A program made the position numbers and the translations under genes. From the NCBI GenBank assembly GCA_038317095.1, contig JBBQBB010000001.1, forward strand, positions 64,011 through 128,010: a stretch of 64,000 nt of DNA, given 5' to 3'. This DNA comes from Bacteroidia bacterium (GTDB lineage: Bacteria > Bacteroidota > Bacteroidia > NS11-12g > UBA955). Position 1 is the first letter of the stretch, and every line of letters starts with the position of its first letter. Below are positions 48,062 to 57,610 of this stretch, in pieces. The notes beneath the pieces were generated by a model that had not been told where the DNA came from, searched no databases, and saw only the letters and a program-made list of their open reading frames with translations.

Positions 48062-49204
48062 TTATTCTTTTAAAATAGATCGAGAAATTACCAATTTTTG
48101 GATTTCACTCGTGCCTTCGCCTATTGTGCACAGCTTGCAATCTCTATAAAACTTTTCTACCGGAAAGTCCTTTGTATACCCATAGCCACCAAATATTTGG
48201 ACGGCCTCATTGGCTGCATAAACCGATACTTCAGATGCGTAGTACTTGGCAAATGCGGAAAGCTTTGTTACATTTTGACCCCTGTTTTTTTTATCCGCTG
48301 CTTGCTGTGTCAATAATTCTGCGGCTTCTATGCGCGTTGCCATGTCCGCTAATTTAAATGCAATTGCCTGAAATTGGCTGATAGGTTTGCCGAATTGTTC
48401 TCTTTCCTTCGAATATTTTAAAGCTGCTTCATAAGCACCTTTTGCAATGCCTAATGACAATGCTGCAATGCTTATTCTACCGCCGTCCAATATTTTCATG
48501 GCTTGTATAAACCCATCACCTACATTGCCCAATATATTCGCCGATGACACCCTGCAGTCTTCAAAAACCAATTCAGCCGTTTCCGAAGCCCGCATGCCCA
48601 ATTTGTTCTCTTTTTTTCCACCTCTAAATCCTGGTGTTCCTCTTTCAACAACAAATGCACTAATACCGTGTGTGTCCAATAGGTCTCCTGTGCGTGCCAA
48701 TACTACCGCCACATCTCCAGAAATACCATGGGTAATCCAATTTTTGCTGCCATTCAATATCCAGTCGTCCCCATCTTTGGTTGCAACGCAGCGCATGCGC
48801 AAAGCGTCCGAACCTGTGTTCGCTTCTGTCAAACCCCATGCCCCTATCCATTCTCCACTCGCCAGTTTGGGCAACCATCTGTTTTTTTGCTCCTCGTTTG
48901 CAAATTTAAGTATATGGCCCGTGCACAAACTGTTATGCGCCGCCATAGACAATCCTATAGATCCGCAGACTTTGGCCAATTCTTCAATTGCAGCAGCATA
49001 TTCTAGATATCCAAACCCACTACCACCATATTCCTCTGGTACCATTACGCCCATTAAACCAAGTTTTCCCAATTCTTTGAATACGTGAGTTGGAAATTCT
49101 TGACTTTCATCCCATTGCATAAAATCAGGGCGAATGTGCTTTTCGGCAAAATCCCGAACCATGTTGCGAATATGGGTAACGTTTTCGTCAATTTTAAATT
49201 CCAT
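48062..49204 (-). CDS. Acyl-CoA dehydrogenase
   Basis: GAWGLTEANTGSD and IFGGYGYTKDFPVEKFYRDCKLCTIGEGTSEIQ motifs. Confidence 0.9.
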   Translation of the reverse strand: MEFKIDENVTHIRNMVRDFAEKHIRPDFMQWDESQEFPTHVFKELGKLGLMGVMVPEEYGGSGFGYLEYAAAIEELAKVCGSIGLSMAAHNSLCTGHILKFANEEQKNRWLPKLASGEWIGAWGLTEANTGSDALRMRCVATKDGDDWILNGSKNWITHGISGDVAVVLARTGDLLDTHGISAFVVERGTPGFRGGKKENKLGMRASETAELVFEDCRVSSANILGNVGDGFIQAMKILDGGRISIAALSLGIAKGAYEAALKYSKEREQFGKPISQFQAIAFKLADMATRIEAAELLTQQAADKKNRGQNVTKLSAFAKYYASEVSVYAANEAVQIFGGYGYTKDFPVEKFYRDCKLCTIGEGTSEIQKLVISRSILKE

Positions 49205-49249
49205 AATAAAAATGCAAATCTAAATAGAAACTATCGTTTTTTTTAATGC

Positions 49250-50083
49250 TTAATGAAAAGATAAATATGGCAGCAACTTTAGCCTTTCTTTTGCAGAAAA
49301 TCCTGCCAAAACCATAAATTTCATTTCAGTAATATTCCCATTCTGCCTCGTATACGCTGCTATGATTCTAGCCTGGTTTTTGGTGAGGTATGGATGCATT
49401 GCCATCTGGGTTTCTGGCATTTCATTTATTTTTATCTTCCGAATTTCTGAATTTTCTAAGGTAAAGCATTTGAAAAGCTTGCGAATTGTAACGGTATCTA
49501 CATACCAAATTTCCATTAATTGTTCTGCACTAACAAAACCGCCCAGTTTCTCTCGGTATTTTACAATCCGATTCGCCGTTTTCCCGCCTATTCCAGGGAG
49601 CTTAATGAACGCATTTGTATCGGCGTCGTTGAGATTGAGTAAGTGGTTCTCGTCATAAGTATTTGTAGCAATGCGGAATTTTTTTGGAGACACAATTCGT
49701 ACTAAATCCGCTGAATCTAGTCCAGTTTCGGCTGTTAAATCTGCATAGGATTGAAATACCCTGCCCTGTTTGCGTGCATTTTCAATTCTCTCTGCAGCTT
49801 CTTCACTAAAACCCATGGATATGAGTTGCTTTTTGCTCCCATAATAAAAGTGCTTTCCAGTGTTTGCGTACTTCCCATATGCTGAATCTTGCCTTTGTTG
49901 GTGTTGCTGCAAAAGTCTGCTTGCCATAGTTGTGTCGTATAGCCATTGTATCTTTTCCGGGCCTTTGTAATAATTCAAAGCCCTAGGCACCACAACCAAT
50001 AAAAAAGCAATGGAAAACAACACCACAGCCCCTCGGTGTTCACTCCTAAAATAAGTAAACCAACCCCCGCCTGGTCTGCGCAA
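49250..50083 (-). CDS. comEA: ComEA-like helix-hairpin-helix DNA-binding protein
   Basis: N-terminal TM helix. LNLNDADTNAFIKLPGIGGKTANRIVKYREKLGGF HhH motif. Start uncertain (TTG). Confidence 0.75.
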   Translation of the reverse strand: MRRPGGGWFTYFRSEHRGAVVLFSIAFLLVVVPRALNYYKGPEKIQWLYDTTMASRLLQQHQQRQDSAYGKYANTGKHFYYGSKKQLISMGFSEEAAERIENARKQGRVFQSYADLTAETGLDSADLVRIVSPKKFRIATNTYDENHLLNLNDADTNAFIKLPGIGGKTANRIVKYREKLGGFVSAEQLMEIWYVDTVTIRKLFKCFTLENSEIRKIKINEMPETQMAMHPYLTKNQARIIAAYTRQNGNITEMKFMVLAGFSAKERLKLLPYLSFH

Positions 50084-50093
50084 TTTGCTTAAA

Positions 50094-51359
50094 TTAATTA
50101 GAGTTACTTAATCCTGCAAAACTGGCTAAAGTTTCAGACTTGTATTCACCACGGTCTAACTTTTCTTTTATCGCTTTAAAAGCATTTATAGTTTCTTCAA
50201 CGTCTGCCAAACTATGCACAGCCGTGGGAATAAGCCTCAACATGATTACACCTTTGGGTACAACCGGATAGACAACAATACTGCAGAAAATATCATAATT
50301 TTCGCGCAAATCCAGTATCAAGTGAGTAGCTTCAGGTATTGTACCATCTAGCAGCACCGGGGTTACGGGGGTAGTTGTCACTCCTATATTAAATCCTGCT
50401 TCGCGCAACCCATTTTGCAAGGCATGCACAATCTTCCACAGATTTTCTTTTAACTCTGGCCTGGTCCTAATCAGTTCTAATCTTTTGATCGCGCCAACGG
50501 TCATTGGCATGGGTAACGCTTTTGCATAAATCTGCGAACGCAAATTGTACCGCATAAATTTAATGATATTCGGCTCACTGCCAATAAAAGCACCTATCCC
50601 AGCCATTGATTTTGCAAATGTGCTGAAATAAATATCAATCCCATCTTGGCATTCTTGCTCCTCTCCGGTTCCAGCGCCCGTTTTGCCCATTGTGCCAAAG
50701 CCATGCGCATCGTCTACAAACAAACGGAAATTGTATTTCTCTTTTAATTCTATAATTTCTTTCAGTTTACCCTGCGATCCACTCATTCCAAATACACCTT
50801 CTGTGATAACCAATATAGCTCCATCCGTGTCTTTTACCAATCGAGTGGCTCGCTGTAACTGTTGCTCTAGGCTTTCAATGTTGTTATGTGCATACACAAA
50901 TCTTTTGCCCATATGCAAGCGAACGCCATCAATTATACAAGCGTGACTTTCTGCGTCATAAACAATAACATCATGCCTATCTACCAAAGCATCAATGGCA
51001 GAAACTACGCCCTGGTAACCGTAGTTCAATAGAATTACTTCTGGCTTATCTATAAATGAGGCTAAATCCCTTTCCAATTGTTCGTGGTATTTGCTATTTC
51101 CACTCATCATGCGCGCGCCCATAGGGTAGGCCATACCAAATTCTGCGGCTGCATCTGCGTCTGCTTTGCGAACCTCTGTATGGTCTGCCAATCCCAAATA
51201 ATTGTTTAAACTCCAATTCAAACGGGTTTTTCCATTGAATTTCATTCTTGGGCCTATCGGACCTTCCAATTTTGGAAAAGTGTAATATCCATGTGCGTCG
51301 TCTGCATGTGTTCCCAATGGACCCATGCGGTTTAAGATTTTGTCAAAAATATCTTTCAT
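50094..51359 (-). CDS. Alpha-oxoamine synthase family PLP enzyme (Kbl/BioF/serine-palmitoyltransferase-like)
   Basis: NNYLGLADH, FVDDAHGFG and FSTFAKSMAGIG (PLP Lys). ATG 51359 (MKDIFDKI...) is preferred, with a TACTTTTG box 22 nt upstream. This avoids overlap with the upstream gene. Confidence 0.85.
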   Translation of the reverse strand: MKDIFDKILNRMGPLGTHADDAHGYYTFPKLEGPIGPRMKFNGKTRLNWSLNNYLGLADHTEVRKADADAAAEFGMAYPMGARMMSGNSKYHEQLERDLASFIDKPEVILLNYGYQGVVSAIDALVDRHDVIVYDAESHACIIDGVRLHMGKRFVYAHNNIESLEQQLQRATRLVKDTDGAILVITEGVFGMSGSQGKLKEIIELKEKYNFRLFVDDAHGFGTMGKTGAGTGEEQECQDGIDIYFSTFAKSMAGIGAFIGSEPNIIKFMRYNLRSQIYAKALPMPMTVGAIKRLELIRTRPELKENLWKIVHALQNGLREAGFNIGVTTTPVTPVLLDGTIPEATHLILDLRENYDIFCSIVVYPVVPKGVIMLRLIPTAVHSLADVEETINAFKAIKEKLDRGEYKSETLASFAGLSNSN

Positions 51360-51397
51360 TCTTCTATAATAAAATGAGATGCAAAAGTAACAAATAA

Positions 51398-52141
51398 TTA
51401 TCGATCTAATCCTTTTCCTGCAATTCCAGCAAGAAAAACACATGGATTTTTACCCAACAAAGGAATTTCCCTTTTCCATTCGCGGGCTGTTTTGGTTAAT
51501 ATCCATTGTCCCGAACCGTGTATGTTGTATGCCACACATATCCTTGTCTCATCAGCCATTGCGCCAATCAAAACTTGAAAAAAACGATCGGATCGATATG
51601 GTGCTTCTATGAAAATTTGGGTGTATCCATTTCGTTGTATCGTTTTTCCGGCATCGCCAAGAAATTGCTTTAACTCTGGTTCTTTTATAGGTGCATAGCC
51701 ATGAAACGTAAACTGCTGACCGTTTAGCCCAGATGCCATCAATGCCAATACAATGCTGCCTGGACCTACCAAGGGCTCCACAATATATTTGTTATCATGT
51801 GCCCATGTTACCACCGCTGCTCCAGGATCCGCCATTCCGGGTAAACCTGCCTCGCTGCAAACACAAATATTTCCGCTTTTTATATGACTTTGCAAAAATA
51901 AATGAAGATTGTGCGTGCTTGCATCCCTGTTAAGTTCAAAAAAAACCAAATCGTCTATCACAATCCCCAACCCAACAGAAGTTAGAAATCGCCGCGCAGT
52001 GCGCACGTTTTCTACCACCCATTTTTTTGTATGTAATAATATATCAACAAGATAAGTTGAATTGAATTGCGTAAATGAACCATCCCCTAATGGAACTGGC
52101 ATTAAGATTATCTTGTTCCGTAAAATTTGATTTTCGTTCAT
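51398..52141 (-). CDS. RsmI-like tetrapyrrole-methylase-fold SAM-dependent methyltransferase
   Basis: SEAGLPGMADPGA and VGPGSIVLALMASGLNGQQFTFHGY motifs. Confidence 0.8.
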   Translation of the reverse strand: MNENQILRNKIILMPVPLGDGSFTQFNSTYLVDILLHTKKWVVENVRTARRFLTSVGLGIVIDDLVFFELNRDASTHNLHLFLQSHIKSGNICVCSEAGLPGMADPGAAVVTWAHDNKYIVEPLVGPGSIVLALMASGLNGQQFTFHGYAPIKEPELKQFLGDAGKTIQRNGYTQIFIEAPYRSDRFFQVLIGAMADETRICVAYNIHGSGQWILTKTAREWKREIPLLGKNPCVFLAGIAGKGLDR

Positions 52142-52155
52142 CCGTTTTTTTACCT

Positions 52156-52163
52156 TATTTTTG
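52156..52163 (+). promoter_or_regulatory. -7 promoter box TATTTTTG, 5 nt upstream of ATG 52169
   Basis: Exact TAnnTTTG, followed by tatct and then the ATG. Confidence 0.35.
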
Positions 52164-52168
52164 TATCT

Positions 52169-55100
52169 ATGTTTCGCAAGCTAAATGCTGCCCCAAAGCT
52201 TTGCTTTTTGTTATTGTGTTTATTTGTAAACCGCGCTTCCGCCCAAAAATATGGGAATGAATGGATTGATACTGCAAAGGTGCATGTAAAATTTAACATT
52301 GGGAAGGATGGCATTTATAGAATTGGATATTTTTCCCTTGAACAATTTTTTACAGATGCAAATGTGTTTTTAAATAAAATTCCGTTTGACCAATTTAGAT
52401 TGTTTACTATGGGTAACCAAGTTCCAATCTATGTTAAGGACAACAACAACAACAAATTATGGGATGTTACAGATTATATTGAGTTTGTAGGCCATCCCAT
52501 TGATGGTAAGTTAGATGCGGAGTTGTATGATAAGCCAGAATACCAGCGGCATACACTTAATACGTATCTTTTGGATGACAGCGGTAGCTATTTTTTAACC
52601 TATCGAAACGCCGGAACTCCCCTTCGTTATGCAGATTATGTCAATCCTTCGCCACCCATTACACCAGCAAGATCATTTTATATAGCCAAGCAGCAATTTG
52701 CACCTATGGTGAATTATGCTCCAGGTCAGCGTGTTTTGGTTGGGGATAAAGATATTTATTTGTGCAGTTATTCCAATGGAGAAGGCTTTTGTGGAGAATA
52801 TTTTTTTGGTTCCTTAGATTTAAGCGCCATTAATTATAAAGTCGCCATTCCTACACCCTATTATGTACCGGCTGGGCCTGCGCCCATATTGGAATCTGGT
52901 ATTGTCGGCATTTCTAATTGTGCCTATAACAAAAATCACCGCGTTCGATTTATGGTAGGCCCAGATTTATTTACCAGCAGAAACCTGCACGATACTACAT
53001 TCAGTAGCACCAATCCAATTACAATCAACCGAACATTGGTTCCATCAGATATAGGTTCAAATTTTACGTATTTAACCTTTAATAGCACTTTGGTTACTGG
53101 TGGGTGTGGGGGGTCAACTTGCGCCCATTCGCACAGCATTCTCGCCTATCCAAAAGAATATAGGTTGGATGACAGCATTCAACTTGCTTATACTGAAGAT
53201 ACATCTTCAGTGCCTTTTAATGTTGTTTGGAATGGATATGGCGATGGATTCTTTAGCTTACCCGTTGTATTCGATGAAACCAACGGAATTCGAATTGAAG
53301 GTGCATTTGTGCTGGGACAGAAAAAAGTGAAATTTACTTATCCTGCCATTTCACAAAAAGGCAAAGTGTTTATGCAAGATGAGGTGCGTATAAAAACCTT
53401 GAATTTTGCAGATGCAAGAAGCGTTCGTATGTTCGATTATTCAAAACAAATTACCGACGCAACTTATCTCATGGTCACTGCCCGTGCCTTAAACATAAGT
53501 CAAAAGGAGGAGATTAAACAATATGCACAATTTTGGGGCACCCGATACAATGTTTTTGTGAATGAAATTGAGGATCTTTACAACTCCTTTGGTTATGGTT
53601 TAAAACATCCATTGGCAATTCGCAAATGGTGTAAATATTTGCTCGAAACCGCACCTGCCAATAAAGAACCTAAGTTTTTACTTTTAATTGGTCGTGGTTT
53701 CGATATGTACTACAACCATGGAACATCAGCTTCCCAGCTAACACCGCATCTTTCAAGAAATTTTATCCCGGCAATGGGAACGCCAGTTTCTGATAATTTA
53801 TTTACCGCAGGTCTTAAGGGCGCATTGTATGAACCCGCTATTCCTACAGGCCGTCTTTCAATTGATAAACCCGAAGAATTGCTAATATACTTAGATAAAT
53901 TAGCCTCTTATGTAAATTCAATCAACAATTACGATGAATGGCAAAAACGGGTCTTGCATTTAAGTGGTGGTGCTACCCCTGGGCAAGCTGCGGTTATACA
54001 AAATAGAATGGAAAAAATTGGCAGGTTTGTTACCCGCAATCCTTTTGCTGGAATTGTTCATTCCTACTCGAAATCTGCTGGTGGGGCTGTAGATGTTAAT
54101 TTTAGAACCGCAATTACGAATGAATTAAATACGGGTTGCGGTTTGGTTTCATTTCTAGGACATGGCTCTTCTTCTGTTACCGACGTAGACATTGGAGATC
54201 CCAAGGATTATCTAAATTTTGGCAAGTATCCAATATTTTATTTCAACGGTTGTCAAGTTGGAAACCCATGCATCCCTATTGATATAAAACAATACATTCC
54301 GCTTTCAGAAAAGTTGATTAAATTTAAAGACAAAGGTGGAGTGGCTTTTCTAGGTCAAACTTCAACCAGCGAGTTATATACTGTTGCTAGCCAAATGGAG
54401 TTTTTTTATCAGTCTTATTTTGATTCAATCCGGGATAAAAGTTTGGGTAAAGTTTTGCAAACAGCCATTAAGAATTTTCAATCACCCAATGCAACGCTTA
54501 ACCGTATTCATTGTGAAGAATTGCTGTTACAAGGTGATCCCGCTTTGCCTGTTTTTGCACCTTCACTCCCCGATTTTTCTGTTTCAGAAGGGAGTCTTTT
54601 TCTCGATCCTCCGAATACTGTGGCACTTCAAGATTCTTTTAGAGTGGGTGTTATTGTCACCAATAAAGGCAAAGGTATTATAGATTCTTTTAATGTCAAT
54701 TTGTCCAGGGTTTATCCTGATGGAACCACCCGAAGAAATTATTCAAAAAGATGGTTGCTGCAAGGAAACTCAGATACCGTATTTTTTGTGATTAGAAGTA
54801 AAGATAGAAACACAGGTGGGAAAAATGTTTTTTCCGCCAATTTAAATCCCGAAAAGAAGCCAATAGAATTTAAATATGAAAATAATTTTATCCAACAAGA
54901 ATTTGTTTTACCTACCAATGGGTTAAATTTAATTTCTCCCAACAGATTCGCCATTGTTGGCACAGATTCAGTTGAATTTATTGCGGAGGCAAATGATTTG
55001 TTTAAGCAAAATGATGATTATTATTTTGAATTGGATACAACACCTAATTTCAATAGTGTAAAATTAATTTCTTTGGAGAAAAACAAAACGCCAATTACTT

Positions 55101-57280
55101 CTAGTGTAATTGCAAAATGGAAAGTAAAGCTTCCAGTATTAAAAGATTCTCAAATGTATTTTTGGCGGGCTAGGTTAAGTTCTGCACAGCTTGAAGGTGG
55201 TGCATGGGTTATGTATTCTTTTACTTATATCAAAGACCATTCTGTTGGTTGGATGCAAAATGTGGCTTGGCAATACAACAACAAAGTGTCCAACAATTCA
55301 TTTACAAATTTAACTGCCGATACGGTTACTCAAAGTTTGCAATTTAGCAAAATTTTGAAAAAAATATATATGGATTGTAGTTACAATTCTGCCAGTAATT
55401 TGGGTGTTAAAGAAGCGGGGTTCTCTTCTCAAGATTTAAATTATGGGGTTTGTAAAACGGGTCTCGTTTGCATGCCTTGGGATGGGAGAAAGTTAGTTCG
55501 CACCCCCTTAAACCCCAGTATCATTTATCCTGATTGTTATTGGGGACGTGCGTGGGAATCTTTAGGGCATATCGACGATTATCAACTTTATTATGCATTT
55601 GATATGTCTAGTTCTGCGGAGCAAGACAATTTCGTGAAGTTTATCAATACCATGCCTGATAGCATGTATGTAACCATATACACTAGACTTCGTTCGTCAG
55701 CCGACCAATGGAAGCCTGAAGTTATTTCCGCTTTAAATAAAATAGGCAGTGCTTTTTTCGATACAGTGTCTCGCAGAACCGATGATGCTATGTGGGTTGC
55801 TCTGGGAAAAAAAGGATGGAAGCCTGGTGTTGCCCAAGAGGCAATGACCTTTGGTCGCCAATTTCCCTATGTTCAGTTAGAGGGAAATATGGTAGGAGAT
55901 GCCCAATTGGGCAATATGATTTCTGAGAAAATGGGTCCGGTTAATGCTTTTAATAAATTCTATTTTACCAATAAAAAAGATAAAACTTTATATAGTGCAG
56001 ACGACCTAAAATACAATATTTATGGAATCCCTTCATCAGGACTTCCAACATTGTTGTATTCTGGTGTTAAAACCCCTCCGCAAGATTTATCTACAATCAA
56101 TACTTACCTATATAAATACATTCAATTGGAAGTGGTTTCTGAAGATAAAAAGGACAATTCATCCCCGAATATGGGAAACTGGAGAGTTACCCATGATCCC
56201 GTTCCTGAAGGTAGTATTTATCCAAATGCGAAATTTGGATATCAGTTTCATGACGATACTTTGTACGAAGGCGATACATTTTATATTAAATTGCCTTTTA
56301 AAAATATTGGTACTATAAATTTTAGAGACTCTATCCGTTTGGATTATTCTTGTTACCATAAAACTACAAGAAATATTCTAGGTAAAGGGCAGCGAAAATA
56401 TACAGCACTTAACCCGGATAGTGCATTTTATTTTGCGTTTAAGTTGCCCACAACTGGCCTTGCAGGTCCCTACGTTTTGCAAGTAAACGTAAACCAATTT
56501 TTTGAACAACCAGAAATTACATTGGTAAACAATTCTGCTTTAATTAATTTTCACGTAACCAAGGATTTAATGGGTCCGCTGTTGGATATTACCTTCGATG
56601 GACGCCATATTTTACAAGGAGATGTTGTAAGTGCAAATCCTATCATTCAAATTTTAAGCAAAGATGAAAATAAGTATTTGTTGCAAAAAGATTCGTCTAC
56701 CTTTGATTTGCTGCTAAAACGGCCTGAAAGCAGTGTCTTTGAAATGTTGAAATGGGGTTCTGATGCTCGGTTTTATGCCGCCCAAAACAAAGAAAATAAA
56801 GCGACGATAGAATACCGTCCTACAGATTTGCCCAACGGTTCTTATACTTTAAAAGTGCAAAGCAGAGATGCAAGTAAAAATCTTTCAGGAGCACTAGATT
56901 ACGAAATTCTTTTTAATGTGGTTAGAGAAGAATCTGTAACCCATTTTTATCCTTATCCAAATCCATTTACTTCGTCTATGCGTTTCGTTTTTACACTTAC
57001 AGGCACCAATATACCTGACGAAATAAAAATTAAAATTATGACTGCCGAAGGACGTGTGGTTAAAGAATTGAACAAAGAAGATTTGGGGGATGTACACGTG
57101 GGAAATAATATTACTTCCTGGGCTTGGGATGGCACAGATCAATTTGGCGATAAACTTGGAAATGGAACCTATTTTTATAAGGTTTCTGTAAAAAACAATG
57201 GCCAAGAATTAAAGTTAAGACAATCTGCAGGCGATGCTTCCTTTAAAGAACAAGTGGGGGTTATTTATTTACTTCGGTAA
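52169..57280 (+). CDS. Giant (about 1700 aa) C25 (gingipain-fold) cysteine peptidase family protein, PorU/PorU2-like
   Basis: Signal peptide MFRKLNAAPKLCFLLLCLFVNRASAQ. N-terminal YGNEWID...GIYRIGY. His/Cys contexts SFLGHGSSS and IFYFNGCQVGN. C-terminal Ig-like/CTD YPYPNPFTSSMRFVF...GTYFYKVSV. Confidence 0.85.
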   Translation: MFRKLNAAPKLCFLLLCLFVNRASAQKYGNEWIDTAKVHVKFNIGKDGIYRIGYFSLEQFFTDANVFLNKIPFDQFRLFTMGNQVPIYVKDNNNNKLWDVTDYIEFVGHPIDGKLDAELYDKPEYQRHTLNTYLLDDSGSYFLTYRNAGTPLRYADYVNPSPPITPARSFYIAKQQFAPMVNYAPGQRVLVGDKDIYLCSYSNGEGFCGEYFFGSLDLSAINYKVAIPTPYYVPAGPAPILESGIVGISNCAYNKNHRVRFMVGPDLFTSRNLHDTTFSSTNPITINRTLVPSDIGSNFTYLTFNSTLVTGGCGGSTCAHSHSILAYPKEYRLDDSIQLAYTEDTSSVPFNVVWNGYGDGFFSLPVVFDETNGIRIEGAFVLGQKKVKFTYPAISQKGKVFMQDEVRIKTLNFADARSVRMFDYSKQITDATYLMVTARALNISQKEEIKQYAQFWGTRYNVFVNEIEDLYNSFGYGLKHPLAIRKWCKYLLETAPANKEPKFLLLIGRGFDMYYNHGTSASQLTPHLSRNFIPAMGTPVSDNLFTAGLKGALYEPAIPTGRLSIDKPEELLIYLDKLASYVNSINNYDEWQKRVLHLSGGATPGQAAVIQNRMEKIGRFVTRNPFAGIVHSYSKSAGGAVDVNFRTAITNELNTGCGLVSFLGHGSSSVTDVDIGDPKDYLNFGKYPIFYFNGCQVGNPCIPIDIKQYIPLSEKLIKFKDKGGVAFLGQTSTSELYTVASQMEFFYQSYFDSIRDKSLGKVLQTAIKNFQSPNATLNRIHCEELLLQGDPALPVFAPSLPDFSVSEGSLFLDPPNTVALQDSFRVGVIVTNKGKGIIDSFNVNLSRVYPDGTTRRNYSKRWLLQGNSDTVFFVIRSKDRNTGGKNVFSANLNPEKKPIEFKYENNFIQQEFVLPTNGLNLISPNRFAIVGTDSVEFIAEANDLFKQNDDYYFELDTTPNFNSVKLISLEKNKTPITSSVIAKWKVKLPVLKDSQMYFWRARLSSAQLEGGAWVMYSFTYIKDHSVGWMQNVAWQYNNKVSNNSFTNLTADTVTQSLQFSKILKKIYMDCSYNSASNLGVKEAGFSSQDLNYGVCKTGLVCMPWDGRKLVRTPLNPSIIYPDCYWGRAWESLGHIDDYQLYYAFDMSSSAEQDNFVKFINTMPDSMYVTIYTRLRSSADQWKPEVISALNKIGSAFFDTVSRRTDDAMWVALGKKGWKPGVAQEAMTFGRQFPYVQLEGNMVGDAQLGNMISEKMGPVNAFNKFYFTNKKDKTLYSADDLKYNIYGIPSSGLPTLLYSGVKTPPQDLSTINTYLYKYIQLEVVSEDKKDNSSPNMGNWRVTHDPVPEGSIYPNAKFGYQFHDDTLYEGDTFYIKLPFKNIGTINFRDSIRLDYSCYHKTTRNILGKGQRKYTALNPDSAFYFAFKLPTTGLAGPYVLQVNVNQFFEQPEITLVNNSALINFHVTKDLMGPLLDITFDGRHILQGDVVSANPIIQILSKDENKYLLQKDSSTFDLLLKRPESSVFEMLKWGSDARFYAAQNKENKATIEYRPTDLPNGSYTLKVQSRDASKNLSGALDYEILFNVVREESVTHFYPYPNPFTSSMRFVFTLTGTNIPDEIKIKIMTAEGRVVKELNKEDLGDVHVGNNITSWAWDGTDQFGDKLGNGTYFYKVSVKNNGQELKLRQSAGDASFKEQVGVIYLLR

Positions 57281-57301
57281 CTTTTAACATCCATTTCTGC
57301 T

Positions 57302-57309
57302 TACTTTTG
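57302..57309 (+). promoter_or_regulatory. -7 promoter box TACTTTTG, 4 nt upstream of GTG 57314
   Basis: Exact TAnnTTTG, followed by cggc and then the GTG. Confidence 0.3.
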
Positions 57310-57313
57310 CGGC

Positions 57314-57610
57314 GTGAATTGGCAAGATAAGCTAAAGACTCGTTGGAGTTTGAAATCTACAAGCCAAGTTTGGGTAATTCTTGTGGTTTTTGCACTTACA
57401 GGTACTTCGGTTGTGGTTTTTAGAAGGTATTTAAAGGCCAATTATGAATGGGCAAATCACTTATGGTTCACTTTTCTATACTATTGGCTAATACTTCCCT
57501 TTTATAATCTATTATTGCTTGCTTATGGATGGGTATTTGGGAAATTTTCTTTCTTCTGGGAATTCGAAAAAAAATTCTTTAATCGCATTGTTAAATTAAT
57601 AAAAAAATGA
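57314..57610 (+). CDS. Small two-TM membrane protein
   Basis: 98 aa with two hydrophobic helices. Its stop overlaps the mrp start. GTG start. Confidence 0.55.
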   Translation: MNWQDKLKTRWSLKSTSQVWVILVVFALTGTSVVVFRRYLKANYEWANHLWFTFLYYWLILPFYNLLLLAYGWVFGKFSFFWEFEKKFFNRIVKLIKK

